Below are positions 42,291-54,900 of a stretch of 64,000 nt of DNA, piece by piece. Both the position numbers and the translations under genes were made by a program. The notes beneath the pieces are model-generated. The model had not been told where the DNA came from and made no database searches. It worked only from the letters and a program-made list of their open reading frames with translations. Within the stretch, counting starts at the first letter, position 1, and each line of letters begins with the position of its first letter. The stretch is taken from sequence record MT708547.1; one strand, given 5' to 3'.

Positions 42291-44195
42291 TTAGTATGTG
42301 CCTTTACCAATGATTGTAATAGAGTACGTACAATTGGCTGTGGCAGTTAATGTTATTGTCAGGTCGCCACCTGAAGTGATTTTAACTGCTGAGGATACCC
42401 CAACAGAAATCTCAGAACCCGCAGATCTAGGATTATCTATAGATTTAAGAGTAGTATTTGTAGTTGTATCATAAAATCCACAAAATACACCAGTAAATTT
42501 AGAAGTAACCCCAGCAGTTGAAATATCAATAATCACATCATAAGCCTGGTTTATTGCAGGTAATAATCCAGACAATGATATTGTTTGTGTTGATGCATTA
42601 GCGGTAATAGCACCAGTTGCACGTCTCCCCATTATACCCGTGTGCCGCCCAGATGAATTTATGGCCAACTGTGTTGCACCTCCAACATAATTAAATTTGT
42701 ACTCTGGTCTAAATGATGTAATACCATTTAAATGAATTAACTGGCGTAAGATGAGATCCTTTACACTATCCCCAGCAGATTGAGAAACAATTGCTAAACC
42801 TTGTTTTTCAAAAGTACCAGAATCATACCCAGTTACAGCAAGTGCTTCAGCATTACTACCTCGAAGTCGCATCAATCCTCGATATACTTGGCCGTCTATA
42901 AGTGGCTTCAAAGATTCAAATGCAGTAAACCCTGCCGTAGCAAAGTTAGGATCAGAAGGAGTTACAGGTGTAATGTAACTTTCATTAAAAAATGGGATAG
43001 TGGACGTATCAGTAATTGCCCCAGTCCCATTTTGTATTCGCCAGTGCCCAGCAGTACTCCAACTACCATTATTAGTAACGGTGCCATTACCCTCAAAATA
43101 TAATGTTTCAAAACCGTTCCTTGATCCGTTATTAAGTATCCACTGGACGCCAGCCGCACCAAAGAACGTAACCTGATTCCAGTCTGCATTATAAATTACA
43201 CACCCAGCCCCAACATCAAGACCCGTCTGACCTGGCAGGTTATTACTGATAACGTTACGTAAAGTGATGCCATGGAACGAACCATCACCACCATCTTTCC
43301 TAAATTTTATGTTGGTCTTGTTGTTCTCTAACCAGCCATCTTCAATAATATTAAATTCAGTAAAGATACCGGCTGCTGAACCATTTGAGAATGATAACCC
43401 ACCATCACCAAAGCGATAAGCGGCAAAATCAGATAAGCGGATACCAGTAATGCCCTGTAGCTTCCAGCCTTCCCCTACAAAATCATTGGCAGAGTACAGC
43501 GACATGCCTTGAAGGAATATGTTTGTAGGCCAACCAGAGGTTCCCTTAACATGGACTGCTGGTATATCCCCACCATCAAAAATAAGTTTGGTTGCAGTTT
43601 TACCATCGCCCAGAAGTGATGCTCCACGCCACAAAGACCCGGATGTAACAGCTGGAAATAAAGTCTCATCGTAAAGATAAGCATTCCCATTCTTAGGAGA
43701 AGGAAAATAAACAATCCCATTATATGTTTGTGCGTCAGCTAATGCTGCTTTTATTGCACTCGTATTATTTGTACCTTTAATGATTGTAAGAGTTCCATTC
43801 CCATTTCTGGAAACTGAAGAGTCCGGGATACCACCTGGGTAATCTGTAACTTTAAAGTATCTACGAGACCCTCCGATTAAATCAACCCCCATTCCAGGTT
43901 CTGTGGATTTTAGATTTTTAAAGATATCTAACAGCTTTAAAGAAAAATCCCCTTTTTCAGTAGTAATTTGCATTGAGTCCGTAGACCCTACCCAAGAAAT
44001 CACCGTACCTGATGCATCCCCACGATACCAACATGTTTGGGTGGTCTTATCATATAAGACTTTAAAAGTGTCTATAACCAAGCCAGTAGCTAAATAAGCA
44101 ACTTCACTTATTTCAATACCCAAGATACGAGCAATCGTTTGTCTATTTGTTTCTATTGCGGTTGAACCTTTAGGCTGAATTAACATACTTGCCAT
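42291..44195 (-). CDS. Tail spike / capsule depolymerase (QPKGS anchor family)
   Basis: Shared N-terminus; NNTSAIKAALADA...VYFP...Y pectin-lyase-like entry; beta-helix body. Confidence 0.85.
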   Translation of the reverse strand: MASMLIQPKGSTAIETNRQTIARILGIEISEVAYLATGLVIDTFKVLYDKTTQTCWYRGDASGTVISWVGSTDSMQITTEKGDFSLKLLDIFKNLKSTEPGMGVDLIGGSRRYFKVTDYPGGIPDSSVSRNGNGTLTIIKGTNNTSAIKAALADAQTYNGIVYFPSPKNGNAYLYDETLFPAVTSGSLWRGASLLGDGKTATKLIFDGGDIPAVHVKGTSGWPTNIFLQGMSLYSANDFVGEGWKLQGITGIRLSDFAAYRFGDGGLSFSNGSAAGIFTEFNIIEDGWLENNKTNIKFRKDGGDGSFHGITLRNVISNNLPGQTGLDVGAGCVIYNADWNQVTFFGAAGVQWILNNGSRNGFETLYFEGNGTVTNNGSWSTAGHWRIQNGTGAITDTSTIPFFNESYITPVTPSDPNFATAGFTAFESLKPLIDGQVYRGLMRLRGSNAEALAVTGYDSGTFEKQGLAIVSQSAGDSVKDLILRQLIHLNGITSFRPEYKFNYVGGATQLAINSSGRHTGIMGRRATGAITANASTQTISLSGLLPAINQAYDVIIDISTAGVTSKFTGVFCGFYDTTTNTTLKSIDNPRSAGSEISVGVSSAVKITSGGDLTITLTATANCTYSITIIGKGTY

Positions 44196-44264
44196 TTATA
44201 ATTCTCCAAATATAATTTATAATAATATTTATAATAAAAAAGCCCCAGATTGGAGCTTTTTTTT
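44196..44264 (-). promoter_or_regulatory. Late promoter/RBS cassette plus upstream terminator
   Basis: TATAAATA at 44226-33 (-); hairpin AGCTCCAATCTGGGGCTTTTTT on - strand. Confidence 0.7.
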
Positions 44265-45130
44265 ATAACAGTAATTTGTAATAAAACTTGTGTCTTTTGA
44301 ATAGAGAAACCATCATTTGTGATATCTTTCCATTCATATAAATTAATATTTAAAGGGTTAGTTAGTCAAAGAGTTTACATTAACCAATGTTCTAACTGAA
44401 TTTGTAATTCCATTTTTTACAACATATCCAGATAGTATTACATGTGTGTCAGATACTAGTTATTATATTCAATATATACTGAACCTTTTATATAGTTTAA
44501 AGTAGTTCAATTAGTTCATCGTTGTATAACAAAAACGCCACAGACGGAGATACACACAATAATACGGTGTGTTATTAAATATCACGATTATTAATTTGTG
44601 AATCAACTGCGTATTTATAAACATCAAGAACAACTATTACACTATTAATAATTTTAATATTTCCTAGTTATATTATTACAGGGTGAACGGGCAACACACA
44701 TAATGTTCAACTAATAAAATATTATTAGTATTTTTATATACTTTAATATTACATTTAACACTATTTACATCGGACGTAGAACCGATTCTACATACACCAG
44801 AAGGATACACATTTTTGACTATAGTTTTTATTATTATTTTACCCAACTCAGTTAAACTTATCCGATGCTGTTGGTGAATCTGGTGGTATCATATTAAAAT
44901 CACTTTCAGTTGAAGTGTAATGTAATTATCAATTGCAGAAATGACTTCCAACTGCAAATTAAGTTCGTATTAACTTATCTAAAAACTTGAATTATCTCCA
45001 TTGAAAATAGTACTGATGTTGAACAAGACAACATCAGTAAAAGTCCATGTAAAATTCCACCACTTGATATTTTTTTGAGAAATTAATGTTATGAATAATT
45101 TTATAGGTTTTGTTTATTTCATACCTTTTA
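44265..45130 (-). pseudogene. Heavily decayed gene remnant in an RBP slot
   Basis: About 870 bp with no long ORF in a dense locus; broken beta-rich frames (VKNVYPSGVCRIGSTSDVNSVKCNIKV; VSDTHVILSGYVVKNGITNSVRTL). Confidence 0.4.
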
Positions 45131-45155
45131 ATCATTAAATATTTTTCTTTATCTA

Positions 45156-48100
45156 TTAACGTTTAGGTACTTCTAAGTTATAATAAGTAATATAAATTTC
45201 GTCGTTAGCAGATAACCCACCTAAATTTACAGATAAAAACAAATAATCATACCCTTTATAATCATCACTAATAGTCAATTGCCCTCTTGCATCAAATGTG
45301 GATATTGTTGATGATATTGAAGTAATTGTAGTAGAAACAACAGGAGTTATTTTTGTATGTAATGGTTGACCGTATGAGTCGAACATATTTTTACTTTTGA
45401 CAAAACCTACCGAGGTAGTACATACGCCACTTGGTATAATTACTGAATTGCTCCCAATAGATACAGTTCCAAGCGGGCCGAAATTACTATATGGTGCTTT
45501 AACGTATAGCCTTAAAGTTGCCCCGGCTGATGTTTTCAATTTTTTCACCTTTAATGCTGGATATGTGATTGAGTTTGAATCTGTGAATGTAGTAACTGTG
45601 CATGAAAGTACATCACTAGTTAGTGCTCCAGATTTTGTACCATCAATTACTTGCCAATTGTCTAAAGTTGTGGTGGATGTTGAGTTGGAAAAGTTATTTT
45701 CTAAAATTAAATCACTCCTATCTGATAAATATCCACGAACTTGTGAATTGAGTCCATTGATCATTGGGTAAAATTTAGACATTCCTCTATTGGACCATTG
45801 TCTAACTCCAGCACCCCATATATCTGTACCTTCTATAACAAACTGACCATTTGTACTTTCATCATAGAACCAATATGGACATGAATTATATGTACTACTA
45901 TGTCTCATCATTCCACCAATTATGTTAATTGCTACTGATGTATTAACTTGAAAATAATTTCCTGTCCAATTATCATTGACATTTCCAGATTCAAAGTGGC
46001 ATCCATAAAAATCAATTTTTGATCCTTGTCTGAAATCACTCCATTGAACATAATTATTCTCTACGCTACCACCTGTATAATCAAACGAACACGAATTAAA
46101 AGTTAACCCACATTCAAATCCAGTTAATCTTGAAATCATATTCGAATCACTTATGATGCAATCATTAAATCTAATATTTTCACCTGCATTATTAAGTGTA
46201 GTGGAAGATGTTCCAGTATATTGAGTAGTACTTAGTGCTATATTACAATTATGTATCACCCAATTATTATGAATAGTTAAATAAGAATTAGCTGCAAAGA
46301 CTAAACCACAGTTTACATATCGAATGTCTATATTATTCATAGAAACACTAGACAAGCTATTTGATGGCTGAATTAAAATACCATGAACATTGCTAGTATT
46401 TCGATTTACTGCACCGTAAACTTCAACATTATTGAATACACATATGTTACCTTTCGATTTCCTGCTACTAACAGAAGAACCATCTAAAATTAATATATAA
46501 TAAGGGTCATATGAGTTAACAGTAGTATCATATAATGATATGTTTTGTAATCCAACTTTAACCAAGTCTATTTCTATGGATGATGATTTTGTAATTGTTT
46601 TATTTTCACCGTCTATTACGTAACCAGATAATGAGGAACAAACAGAAATTAAATTTACCAATTTAGCTGTTTCGTCGTCGCCATTTCCTAAAATCCCAGC
46701 CATTGATATATATATAATATTGTTTTCAAGTTTTCTCTTCCATACTTTACCGTTATATGTTACAATGTTTATTAAACCATCATCGGTGTTAGTATTATCG
46801 CTTTCATAAACGAATATCCCACCACCTACATTTAAATTTTCATAAAATGATTTTACTTCAATGTGTTGTCCATCATACTCAGGTTCTATCGTGCGAAGTG
46901 AAGAAACACTTTTAGCCATTCCTATATATTTTAAACCATCTTCAGATGACAAATTGGATTTTTCTACATAAAAATCCAATTTTGAAGTTTTAGCATAACT
47001 TATCAAATCTTGGTTTGTAACATATGGATTTGTATTGAAAACCAATTTACCAAGAATTGCAATAAAATTATCACCAGTTTGTAATGCACCATTTAAATTG
47101 ATGTATTGTCCATCAATTGTGTAGTGATTTAAATTTACGCTTTGAAGAATACCATTAATAAAAATAGTAATACTACCAAAATTATACGGAACGAAGATTC
47201 TAGTTACATTATCAGAGGTTGCAGTATAAGTCCATGTAATAACGTCTTTGTTTGAATCTAATTTATAAAACGGTACACCTGGTACTGTACCAAGAATTCC
47301 TGTACCAGTCCAGACAGTACCGTCAACTGGATATAACCAGTACTGGTTCACGGTCGATGTACTACCAACTGTCCATATTTTCAATGATCTTCGTGGTAAA
47401 CCAAATGCTACTTCAATACTCGGTAAATGTGGTTGCCATTTTAAATTTATACCTTCATTTTTTAATGAATTTTTTAATTCCTGTAGTTCTTCTGCGGTTG
47501 CATAGGAAGTTAAATCTGCTTTGGTTACTAAATTACTGTTCTGTACTGGAGAGTTATAAACAATAACATGAATATCGTCTCCTAATTGTAAAGGAGAACT
47601 TAACGTAATTTCAGTACCGTTTAATATATAAGCACCGCTGTCTGGATTTTGCAAAACACCATTGATAAAAACTTGCAATTCACTAAAATTAAAATAAGGT
47701 ATATTTAGTTTATTATTCGATTCATCGGTTATGGTACTGGTATAACTGGCATTAACACTATCAATGAATTTTGGATCATTCAATGTAACAAAAACATTAT
47801 CATTTTCATCCAAAGACGAAATAAATGATAAAGTTGTGCCTGATACACTATATGCATTATCGTATTGCAAAACACCATTGATATAAACAAGACCATCATC
47901 AAATTCACCAGGTAAAGTAAAATCAGTTTGATTTTGAGACGCAAGAGCAGTAAATGAAACCAGGTCAGTCTCATTACCAAGAACAAGAATATCATCATTT
48001 AAATACAATTTATCACCAAGAGTGATAGTACTTCCAGAAACAGTATACGAATCTGGATATTGCAAAATACCATTAATAAAAACAAAATTAGTTTTTTTGG

Positions 48101-48695
48101 TAAATGGTAACACAATAACAGTTTGATCTTCGGTTGCAGTTGCAGTAAATTCTTCATTATCAGTGTTGGTTGTGTCTTCACCAACAACAACATAAATGGT
48201 ATCACCTGTACTTAATTTGGAGTTAAATGTTACAGTACCACCAAATGTTTGGTAAGATAAACCTGGATATTGTAGTACACCGTTAACATAGATAATTGCT
48301 TTTTTGAAATCTAGATTAGGAACTGTGAATTTAGTTTGCCCGGCGGCGGCGATAGAACTCCATGTTACTGTAGTTTTGGATGAATCAAAGATAGTAACCC
48401 AATCCGAATCGTTAACATCGTTAACGACTCTCATCATCAATTTCACTGGTGCCGAAGCGGTGTCTTTCCAATCTCCAGTATTAAAAGAAAACATACCAGC
48501 GATATTTTCTTGTTTACCAAAATTTGTTACTAAAGTATTACTTGCTAAATCTGTAGTGCTTTCATCAATTTCATTTATTGTGAATTTTCCTTTAGGCATA
48601 ATTTTAGAATCTGATAACTTTTCATTATCAAATATCACTCCACCTTTAAGGGATGCATCAACTGCTGATAGTGATCCTTTAAATTTAAATGCCAT
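45156..48695 (-). CDS. Large branching tail spike with 5 docking-type repeats plus depolymerase domain
   Basis: Five approx. 60-aa F/Y.NG.LQ...Y...G...L..GD repeats; [12 protein letters not shown] module; GLKYIG..SLRTIEP linker; beta-helix. Confidence 0.85.
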   Translation of the reverse strand: MAFKFKGSLSAVDASLKGGVIFDNEKLSDSKIMPKGKFTINEIDESTTDLASNTLVTNFGKQENIAGMFSFNTGDWKDTASAPVKLMMRVVNDVNDSDWVTIFDSSKTTVTWSSIAAAGQTKFTVPNLDFKKAIIYVNGVLQYPGLSYQTFGGTVTFNSKLSTGDTIYVVVGEDTTNTDNEEFTATATEDQTVIVLPFTKKTNFVFINGILQYPDSYTVSGSTITLGDKLYLNDDILVLGNETDLVSFTALASQNQTDFTLPGEFDDGLVYINGVLQYDNAYSVSGTTLSFISSLDENDNVFVTLNDPKFIDSVNASYTSTITDESNNKLNIPYFNFSELQVFINGVLQNPDSGAYILNGTEITLSSPLQLGDDIHVIVYNSPVQNSNLVTKADLTSYATAEELQELKNSLKNEGINLKWQPHLPSIEVAFGLPRRSLKIWTVGSTSTVNQYWLYPVDGTVWTGTGILGTVPGVPFYKLDSNKDVITWTYTATSDNVTRIFVPYNFGSITIFINGILQSVNLNHYTIDGQYINLNGALQTGDNFIAILGKLVFNTNPYVTNQDLISYAKTSKLDFYVEKSNLSSEDGLKYIGMAKSVSSLRTIEPEYDGQHIEVKSFYENLNVGGGIFVYESDNTNTDDGLINIVTYNGKVWKRKLENNIIYISMAGILGNGDDETAKLVNLISVCSSLSGYVIDGENKTITKSSSIEIDLVKVGLQNISLYDTTVNSYDPYYILILDGSSVSSRKSKGNICVFNNVEVYGAVNRNTSNVHGILIQPSNSLSSVSMNNIDIRYVNCGLVFAANSYLTIHNNWVIHNCNIALSTTQYTGTSSTTLNNAGENIRFNDCIISDSNMISRLTGFECGLTFNSCSFDYTGGSVENNYVQWSDFRQGSKIDFYGCHFESGNVNDNWTGNYFQVNTSVAINIIGGMMRHSSTYNSCPYWFYDESTNGQFVIEGTDIWGAGVRQWSNRGMSKFYPMINGLNSQVRGYLSDRSDLILENNFSNSTSTTTLDNWQVIDGTKSGALTSDVLSCTVTTFTDSNSITYPALKVKKLKTSAGATLRLYVKAPYSNFGPLGTVSIGSNSVIIPSGVCTTSVGFVKSKNMFDSYGQPLHTKITPVVSTTITSISSTISTFDARGQLTISDDYKGYDYLFLSVNLGGLSANDEIYITYYNLEVPKR

Positions 48696-48725
48696 TTTTT
48701 ATTCCTTTTAAATTAAAAATTTATA

Positions 48726-48736
48726 ATGTATTTATA
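48726..48736 (-). promoter_or_regulatory. Late promoter TATAAATACAT
   Basis: T4 late consensus 30 nt upstream of the 48695 start. Confidence 0.7.
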
Positions 48737-48740
48737 AAGA

Positions 48741-48767
48741 AAAATCCCCCATATGGAGGATTTTTTT
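48741..48767 (-). terminator. Intrinsic terminator
   Basis: AAAAATCCCCC-atat-GGAGGATTTTT hairpin. Confidence 0.65.
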
Positions 48768-48771
48768 ATTA

Positions 48772-49156
48772 TTAACAGACAAATGTATATACTCCAAATC
48801 CATATATCACCTGAACATTGGAAATGTCTAAATCCAAGAGATGCAGTTAATGCACCATTTGTAATATTAAAATCACTCCATAATAATTCAGTTAAAAATA
48901 TAATATTTTCACTGGAAGTACTTGAATACTCTGTCTTATTGTTGTTACTGTATTTCCATCAACATCAGGTGATGTTCCTGAATTAGATGGTATGTGGTAA
49001 CTGACCAAGCCAACTATAACCTGTACTATTACCATAACTGCTATGTAAAAAACCAAGCTTATTCCGAGTTTTAACAATTTTATCAGTACTGAATGTTCCA
49101 GAACTTATAAGTTGTTAATCACCATTACTTGTTGGTGATAATTATATTAATGACAT
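48772..49156 (-). pseudogene. Collapsed RBP gene (MSL-anchor family): broken N-terminus joined to a C-terminal stub
   Basis: MSLI*LSP..NG...SGTFSTDKIVKTRNKLGFY...YGNSTGYSWLGQLPHT aligns with the 55183 N-terminus via stop and frameshifts. Confidence 0.8.
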
Positions 49157-49191
49157 TTTTTATCTTAATAAAAAATATTTTGTTGTTATAA

Positions 49192-51903
49192 TTAATCTAT
49201 TACTTGAGATTTAACATATTTAAATGGATATGCATATACACTAGAGGTTAATATAATATCAGATATTGTGAATGAAACTGGTAATGATGTTAATTTATCG
49301 TGACCAATGTGTATAATTAATTTATTTAATGTTGTTGATGTCCCAACTGGAAATCTATATGTTATTATGTATTCTTTATTTAATTCAGTAGGTGTTAATT
49401 TAATAAAATTACCATACATTTGAAAATTTAAATAATGGTTATTTATATCACCAGACGTCATTGTTATTTTTGCTGTTAAATAATAATAATCCAATGTTCC
49501 AGATGTGGTTGATACTAATGGATATTGTACGTTTTGGTCATCTGTTATATTATTAGTGGCTGGAAATCCCATTATTAATTCCCTTTTAGAACCTTGAGAA
49601 AAAATTATATCAGTAGCATAATAAGAAGAATTTGTAGGAAAATATAATGTAGAACTTCCTGATTTTAATGTCATATTAGAATAAAAACTAAGTGGGTGCT
49701 GAACTGTTACATTATTAGACATTTGATAACTATCCCATTTTGTGTTAACTCCATTATCATGCATATATGTTGTAAATGCGTTTTTCCAAGGTGAATCGAA
49801 TGATGTTGATATTATATTGCGAATCACACAATCTCTAAATGTTGCACCTTCACACGCAACAATATTTAATGAATCTAAATAATTACCATTTTGATCCTTA
49901 ATTTGTCCGGGTTGAAATGTCCAATTTGTAAAGGTTGGTTCAATTCCATCTATGATTTTTAATCCTGAATTTCCTAATGCTCCATGTGGATACATCATAT
50001 CAAATTTATTTCTATATCCTGCTTGAAGTTCAACTTGTGGCAGTGATGTATAGTAATTATTTGTATCAACGCCATTTATATAAGCATGTGTTTCTCCAGA
50101 AAAATTAGACATTCTATTTCCAACAAATAATAATCTTGAATTTGATGTAGTTTTTATATGAGTGTTTAATCTAGTACTAGTAAAAAATCTTTCAAATATT
50201 ACATTAAAAATAGTTTTATTTGTATTGTTTATAGATAATGCAATAGGGCCAATATTCATGTTTGAATCTGAATTTGTTGATGAAATATCAACATCACGGA
50301 TAGAACCGTCGGTCCAATTAGTCGTATTATCATTAACATCTATAGAAAAACTTGAATAATAATTGGTAGAACCACAATCTAATAAATATATTCTTTCAAC
50401 AATGAGATTAACTATATCTCTAGTTGCACCAACTGGTGAAATACGAAGACCACCTAGCCAACAGTTTCTCGCAAAAACAGCATTTATTTCTGATGTATGA
50501 CAGCCAGAACTCATATTAAATCCACCAACATAATCCTGTCTAACATTCCCTAAACCATCATATGACATTCCATATGATGTCATTCGGGGCTGTCCAGAAA
50601 CAGCAGGCCACGTATGCAACCAATTTAATGTGGTAAATGTTGTATATGGGACTAAAAAACTAGCACCCGGAATACCAATTATTTTTCTTGCACGTTGTAC
50701 ATATGTTTGTGATATTGGATATTGACCCGCAGGAAAAAATAGAACTTTGTTATTATTATACGCATATAAATCTGCATTTACTATATATTCATATAAATCT
50801 CCTACTTCTTGTATTGTGGTTGCAGCGGGGATTTCCTGTCCGATTTTACTATGATATGTTAGAGGAATAAATTCCATAACACTAATATATCCATCACAAT
50901 CAAATATATCTTGAACCGATATATTATTTTTTGTACCAATATTACTAGCACCAGTTGAACTTGATAATTCAGATTTTAAAACATAATCATCACTTTGGAT
51001 AATAATATCCCCAAGCATAACAATTATTTCATCATCTGCATATAATTCTTCTGCAAATGTAATAATTCTATCAGCTCCAATACTATATGCACTAGATGGA
51101 TTTTGCAAAACACCATTAATATAAACAATAGCAGTACTGAAATCATATGGCACTTGAATTGTTGTTTGACCTTGCATTGCATTAGCTGTGTAAATTCTAT
51201 TAAGTTTATCATTAGTACTAATATTCGGGTTGCCAATAAAGACATATAATAAATCACCAGCTTCTAATTCAGTAGTGAATGTTAATGTGCTACCAGATAC
51301 AGTGTAATTCAATCCGGGTAACTGAATTGAACCATTAACAAATACAGTTATAGTACTGAATGTGAATGGAATATTAAAATCAGTTTGACCATCAGTTGCT
51401 GATGCAGAATATGTTTTAATACTTGCATTAAAATTCGGAGTAATTTTTTCAAAACCAGTACTGGTTTCGGGATTATTACCAAGGACACCAACCCCATTCC
51501 ACACTGTACCATCAATGTATAACCAATAATCATCTGATGTTGCAGTAGTACCAGATTTCCACATTTTTAATGAATTTTTAGTTAGTCCATAAGCAACTTC
51601 AACAGTAGGGAGATGTGCGTTCCAGTCCAGAGTTAAACCCTCTGTTTCCATTTTTTCTTTTAATTTGCTGTATATAACCGGAACCCAAGCAGTATCTGAA
51701 ATACCACCATCTGTATTTGGATTATTAGTACTGGTAATATGAGGTAATGTACCTTTCCATACATATCCAGTTTTAATTGAAGTTACTGGATCTGTATAAT
51801 ATAAAATTTGGTTGTTTGATACTAATCGTTTGTTAATAACAAAGTCACCAGCATCAATTAGTGCACCTGAAATATTTGTTGCACTTAAATTGTTCAATGA
51901 CAT
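49192..51903 (-). CDS. Tail spike / depolymerase (MSL anchor, 2 docking repeats)
   Basis: Start moved to ATG 51903 after SD GAGG; TDGGISDTAW, HLPTVEVAYGL; beta-helix body. Confidence 0.85.
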   Translation of the reverse strand: MSLNNLSATNISGALIDAGDFVINKRLVSNNQILYYTDPVTSIKTGYVWKGTLPHITSTNNPNTDGGISDTAWVPVIYSKLKEKMETEGLTLDWNAHLPTVEVAYGLTKNSLKMWKSGTTATSDDYWLYIDGTVWNGVGVLGNNPETSTGFEKITPNFNASIKTYSASATDGQTDFNIPFTFSTITVFVNGSIQLPGLNYTVSGSTLTFTTELEAGDLLYVFIGNPNISTNDKLNRIYTANAMQGQTTIQVPYDFSTAIVYINGVLQNPSSAYSIGADRIITFAEELYADDEIIVMLGDIIIQSDDYVLKSELSSSTGASNIGTKNNISVQDIFDCDGYISVMEFIPLTYHSKIGQEIPAATTIQEVGDLYEYIVNADLYAYNNNKVLFFPAGQYPISQTYVQRARKIIGIPGASFLVPYTTFTTLNWLHTWPAVSGQPRMTSYGMSYDGLGNVRQDYVGGFNMSSGCHTSEINAVFARNCWLGGLRISPVGATRDIVNLIVERIYLLDCGSTNYYSSFSIDVNDNTTNWTDGSIRDVDISSTNSDSNMNIGPIALSINNTNKTIFNVIFERFFTSTRLNTHIKTTSNSRLLFVGNRMSNFSGETHAYINGVDTNNYYTSLPQVELQAGYRNKFDMMYPHGALGNSGLKIIDGIEPTFTNWTFQPGQIKDQNGNYLDSLNIVACEGATFRDCVIRNIISTSFDSPWKNAFTTYMHDNGVNTKWDSYQMSNNVTVQHPLSFYSNMTLKSGSSTLYFPTNSSYYATDIIFSQGSKRELIMGFPATNNITDDQNVQYPLVSTTSGTLDYYYLTAKITMTSGDINNHYLNFQMYGNFIKLTPTELNKEYIITYRFPVGTSTTLNKLIIHIGHDKLTSLPVSFTISDIILTSSVYAYPFKYVKSQVID

Positions 51904-51936
51904 ATTAAACCTCATCTAAAAGTTTATGTATAGTAT

Positions 51937-51967
51937 TATTTATGATGCTCATTAGAACTAAATACAT
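51937..51967. promoter_or_regulatory. Divergent late promoters
   Basis: CATAAATA on - (51937-44) and CTAAATACAT on + (51958-67). Confidence 0.6.
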
Positions 51968-51997
51968 GAAAGCAAATGCAAACTAAGAGGTTTTGAC

Positions 51998-54900
51998 ATG
52001 TCTTTAAGTAATTTAAGCTCAAGTAATAGTAATGGGGCATTTCTTGATTATGGTGAATTCAGAAGTGGTGTCTATATCCAAACATCAAATCAGATTTTGT
52101 ACTTCACTGATGAAAATGGAAATAAAGTAGGTTATCAGTGGAAGGGACTTTTGCCTCACACAACAACAACAAATGATCCAAATACAGATGGTGGTATTTC
52201 AGATACTGCTTGGTGTAGCATTGTTGGAAGTGGATTTATTGAAAAATTATCAAAAGAAGGTATTGATTTAAGTTGGCAAGCACACTTACCAACAGTTGAG
52301 GTTTCATATAACTTACCACATAAGACTTTGAAGATTTGGGAAAAAGGTCTAAACAGTACTGTAAATGATTATTGGTTATATACCGATGACGGTACTGTGT
52401 GGAATGGTGTTGGTGTTCTTGGTGATATCCCAGATGTACCTTTTAAACAAATTGTACCACAAAATAATGTAATAGAGTGGAGTTCAATTGCAACAGAAGG
52501 ACAGAATCAGTTTACAGTACCATATGAATTCACAAATATATCAGTTTTTATTAATGGATTATTGCAGAATAAAAGTACTGGTGGATATGTAGTTAATGGT
52601 AGCACTGTTACATTAAATGGTTCATTGAAAGCTGGAGATGATATTCATGCTGTAATATCAAATATTCCTATTAAAAACATAAATTATATTACTGATGTTG
52701 AATTATCACAACCAGATGCAGCACAAAAAATTGGATTAATTAATGGTGGAAGACTTCAATCGGCTATTAAATTTCTTAATTTTGATATGTTTAATATTGA
52801 TAAGACTGGAACAACTGATGTAACTAGTAATATTTTGCAAGTAATTAATTTAGCTAACTCATTAAAAATACCAATTATACAAAATGATGGAATATATAGA
52901 ATTTCTGGAAATACAAAATTTACAATTAATATTGATTTATTAACTAAATTTGATTTATCGGGTGTTACTTTATTACCTAGTGTTAATACAACTGCAACAT
53001 TTTGGGTTACTAGCTCGATACAACCAACGACCTATTCGAGTTCGAGTTCTGTTGTTGGATTGTTAAATTCAGCGGCAGCTACTGATTTAGTACAAGATAC
53101 TGGAACTTTTGATTCATTAAACAGTGATACAACATTAAATAATAAAATGATAATTATTAAATTTTCTGATTTAGCATATACATATAATACATCAGGTACA
53201 TCTACTGGTGGTTCAAGTAGAAATTATTATCATGTTACTAGATTATCAACTTCTGGGAAAATAGATCACTCTTTACCATATACTGCAACATCTATTGAAT
53301 CTATATGGGCATTACCTATATCAAAAAATAATTCGATTGTAAAATTACCAACAATCGATTATTCGGAAGTGAAAACTCCATTTCCAATAATGTTTCAATT
53401 TTTTTATGTATCTAATTTGGATATTACGTGTGGAACTATTATAAACAAACCATTAACTGTTGTTGGTAATTTAAATGTGTTTGATGTTCAATATTCATAC
53501 AATGTTACTGTTAGAGATTTATATGATCCACATCCATCAGTTAGCTATACATCTGGTGGAAGTACAACCGCATCATATTCATTACATCATGGATGGACTT
53601 GCAGATTTACTGCAATAAATTGTATTTCAAACGGTTACGGGTGGGGTTCTGCGTCATCAGCCGGATGGGTATGTGATACACTTTTTGATAAATGTAGTTT
53701 TAATAATATTGATAATCATGATCCACATATTGGATATTTTAGAATACAAAATACAAATATTGGAGATGGAACAATAACTACAATTGGTGTAAAAAATTCA
53801 ACATTAGAATTAGAAAATGTTATATTTGAATTGGGAATTAGTAATTCTCCATATTATTCTGGTGGATTATCTAGTACTAAATATTTTTTTCCTGCATTAA
53901 TTACATTAAGAACATCATCTGGCGGTTTACATGATGGTGATTTAAAAATGAAAAATGTTAGAGTTAAAGGAACATGGAAAACATATGATCCAGTTAGAGA
54001 CACACAAGGTGCAATAGTTTTAAGTGCTTCTGACAATTTTACAACATTACCTGCTGGTGCAGTAATGTCAGCAAATACGTTTAGAAATATTGAAATTGAT
54101 GGATTAAAAATTGATAATCAAAATACCGCAAATATAATAAAAAATCTTATTTTTGTAAATAGAGATCAATCAGTATATCCTCCATATAATAGTAAATTAT
54201 CTAATATTTTTTATCCATCTTCTAGTACTTTTAGAATTTATAATAAAAATTTTGCATATAGAATAGCATCAAATTCTGCAACGGTTAATAAAACATTTGG
54301 TGAAGTTGGATCTAGAGTCTCTATTAACGGTATGAGTGTAGGTACATTAAATATAATTGGACCAACAACCAATGATAATTTTACTACTATTATAAATATA
54401 ACAAATTTACGAAATGATGAAACTAATTCTACACCAACTGTTATTAGAATGTCACAACGTGGTATATATAATATTTCTGATAGTGAAATATCCAGTATAA
54501 TAACAAATGATGGTAGTAATGAATTGGCATATAGTGCAGAGATAAATTTGTCAAATTGTATTATTAGAAATAATAGTTCACCATTTATTACTGGAACTAG
54601 TTCATTCATTCATAGAATAAAAGCAACTAATACTACATTTATTGGTGATTATTCATCATCCACCATAACTAATAGTAATACAAATGTAGCACAATGGTTT
54701 AGTTTGAAAAATTGTGATTATTATAATACTGATGGTTCTTTAGTAAGCAACATGATTATATGGAATGGGAATATATCAAATACAACTGGAACGGTTAATT
54801 TATATATCGCAAAAGGAAATTGCGTGTCAACCTCACTAACTTTTAACTCAACAACGTATTGGGATTCATTTAATATTAATTATGTGACAAGTGGCGTATT

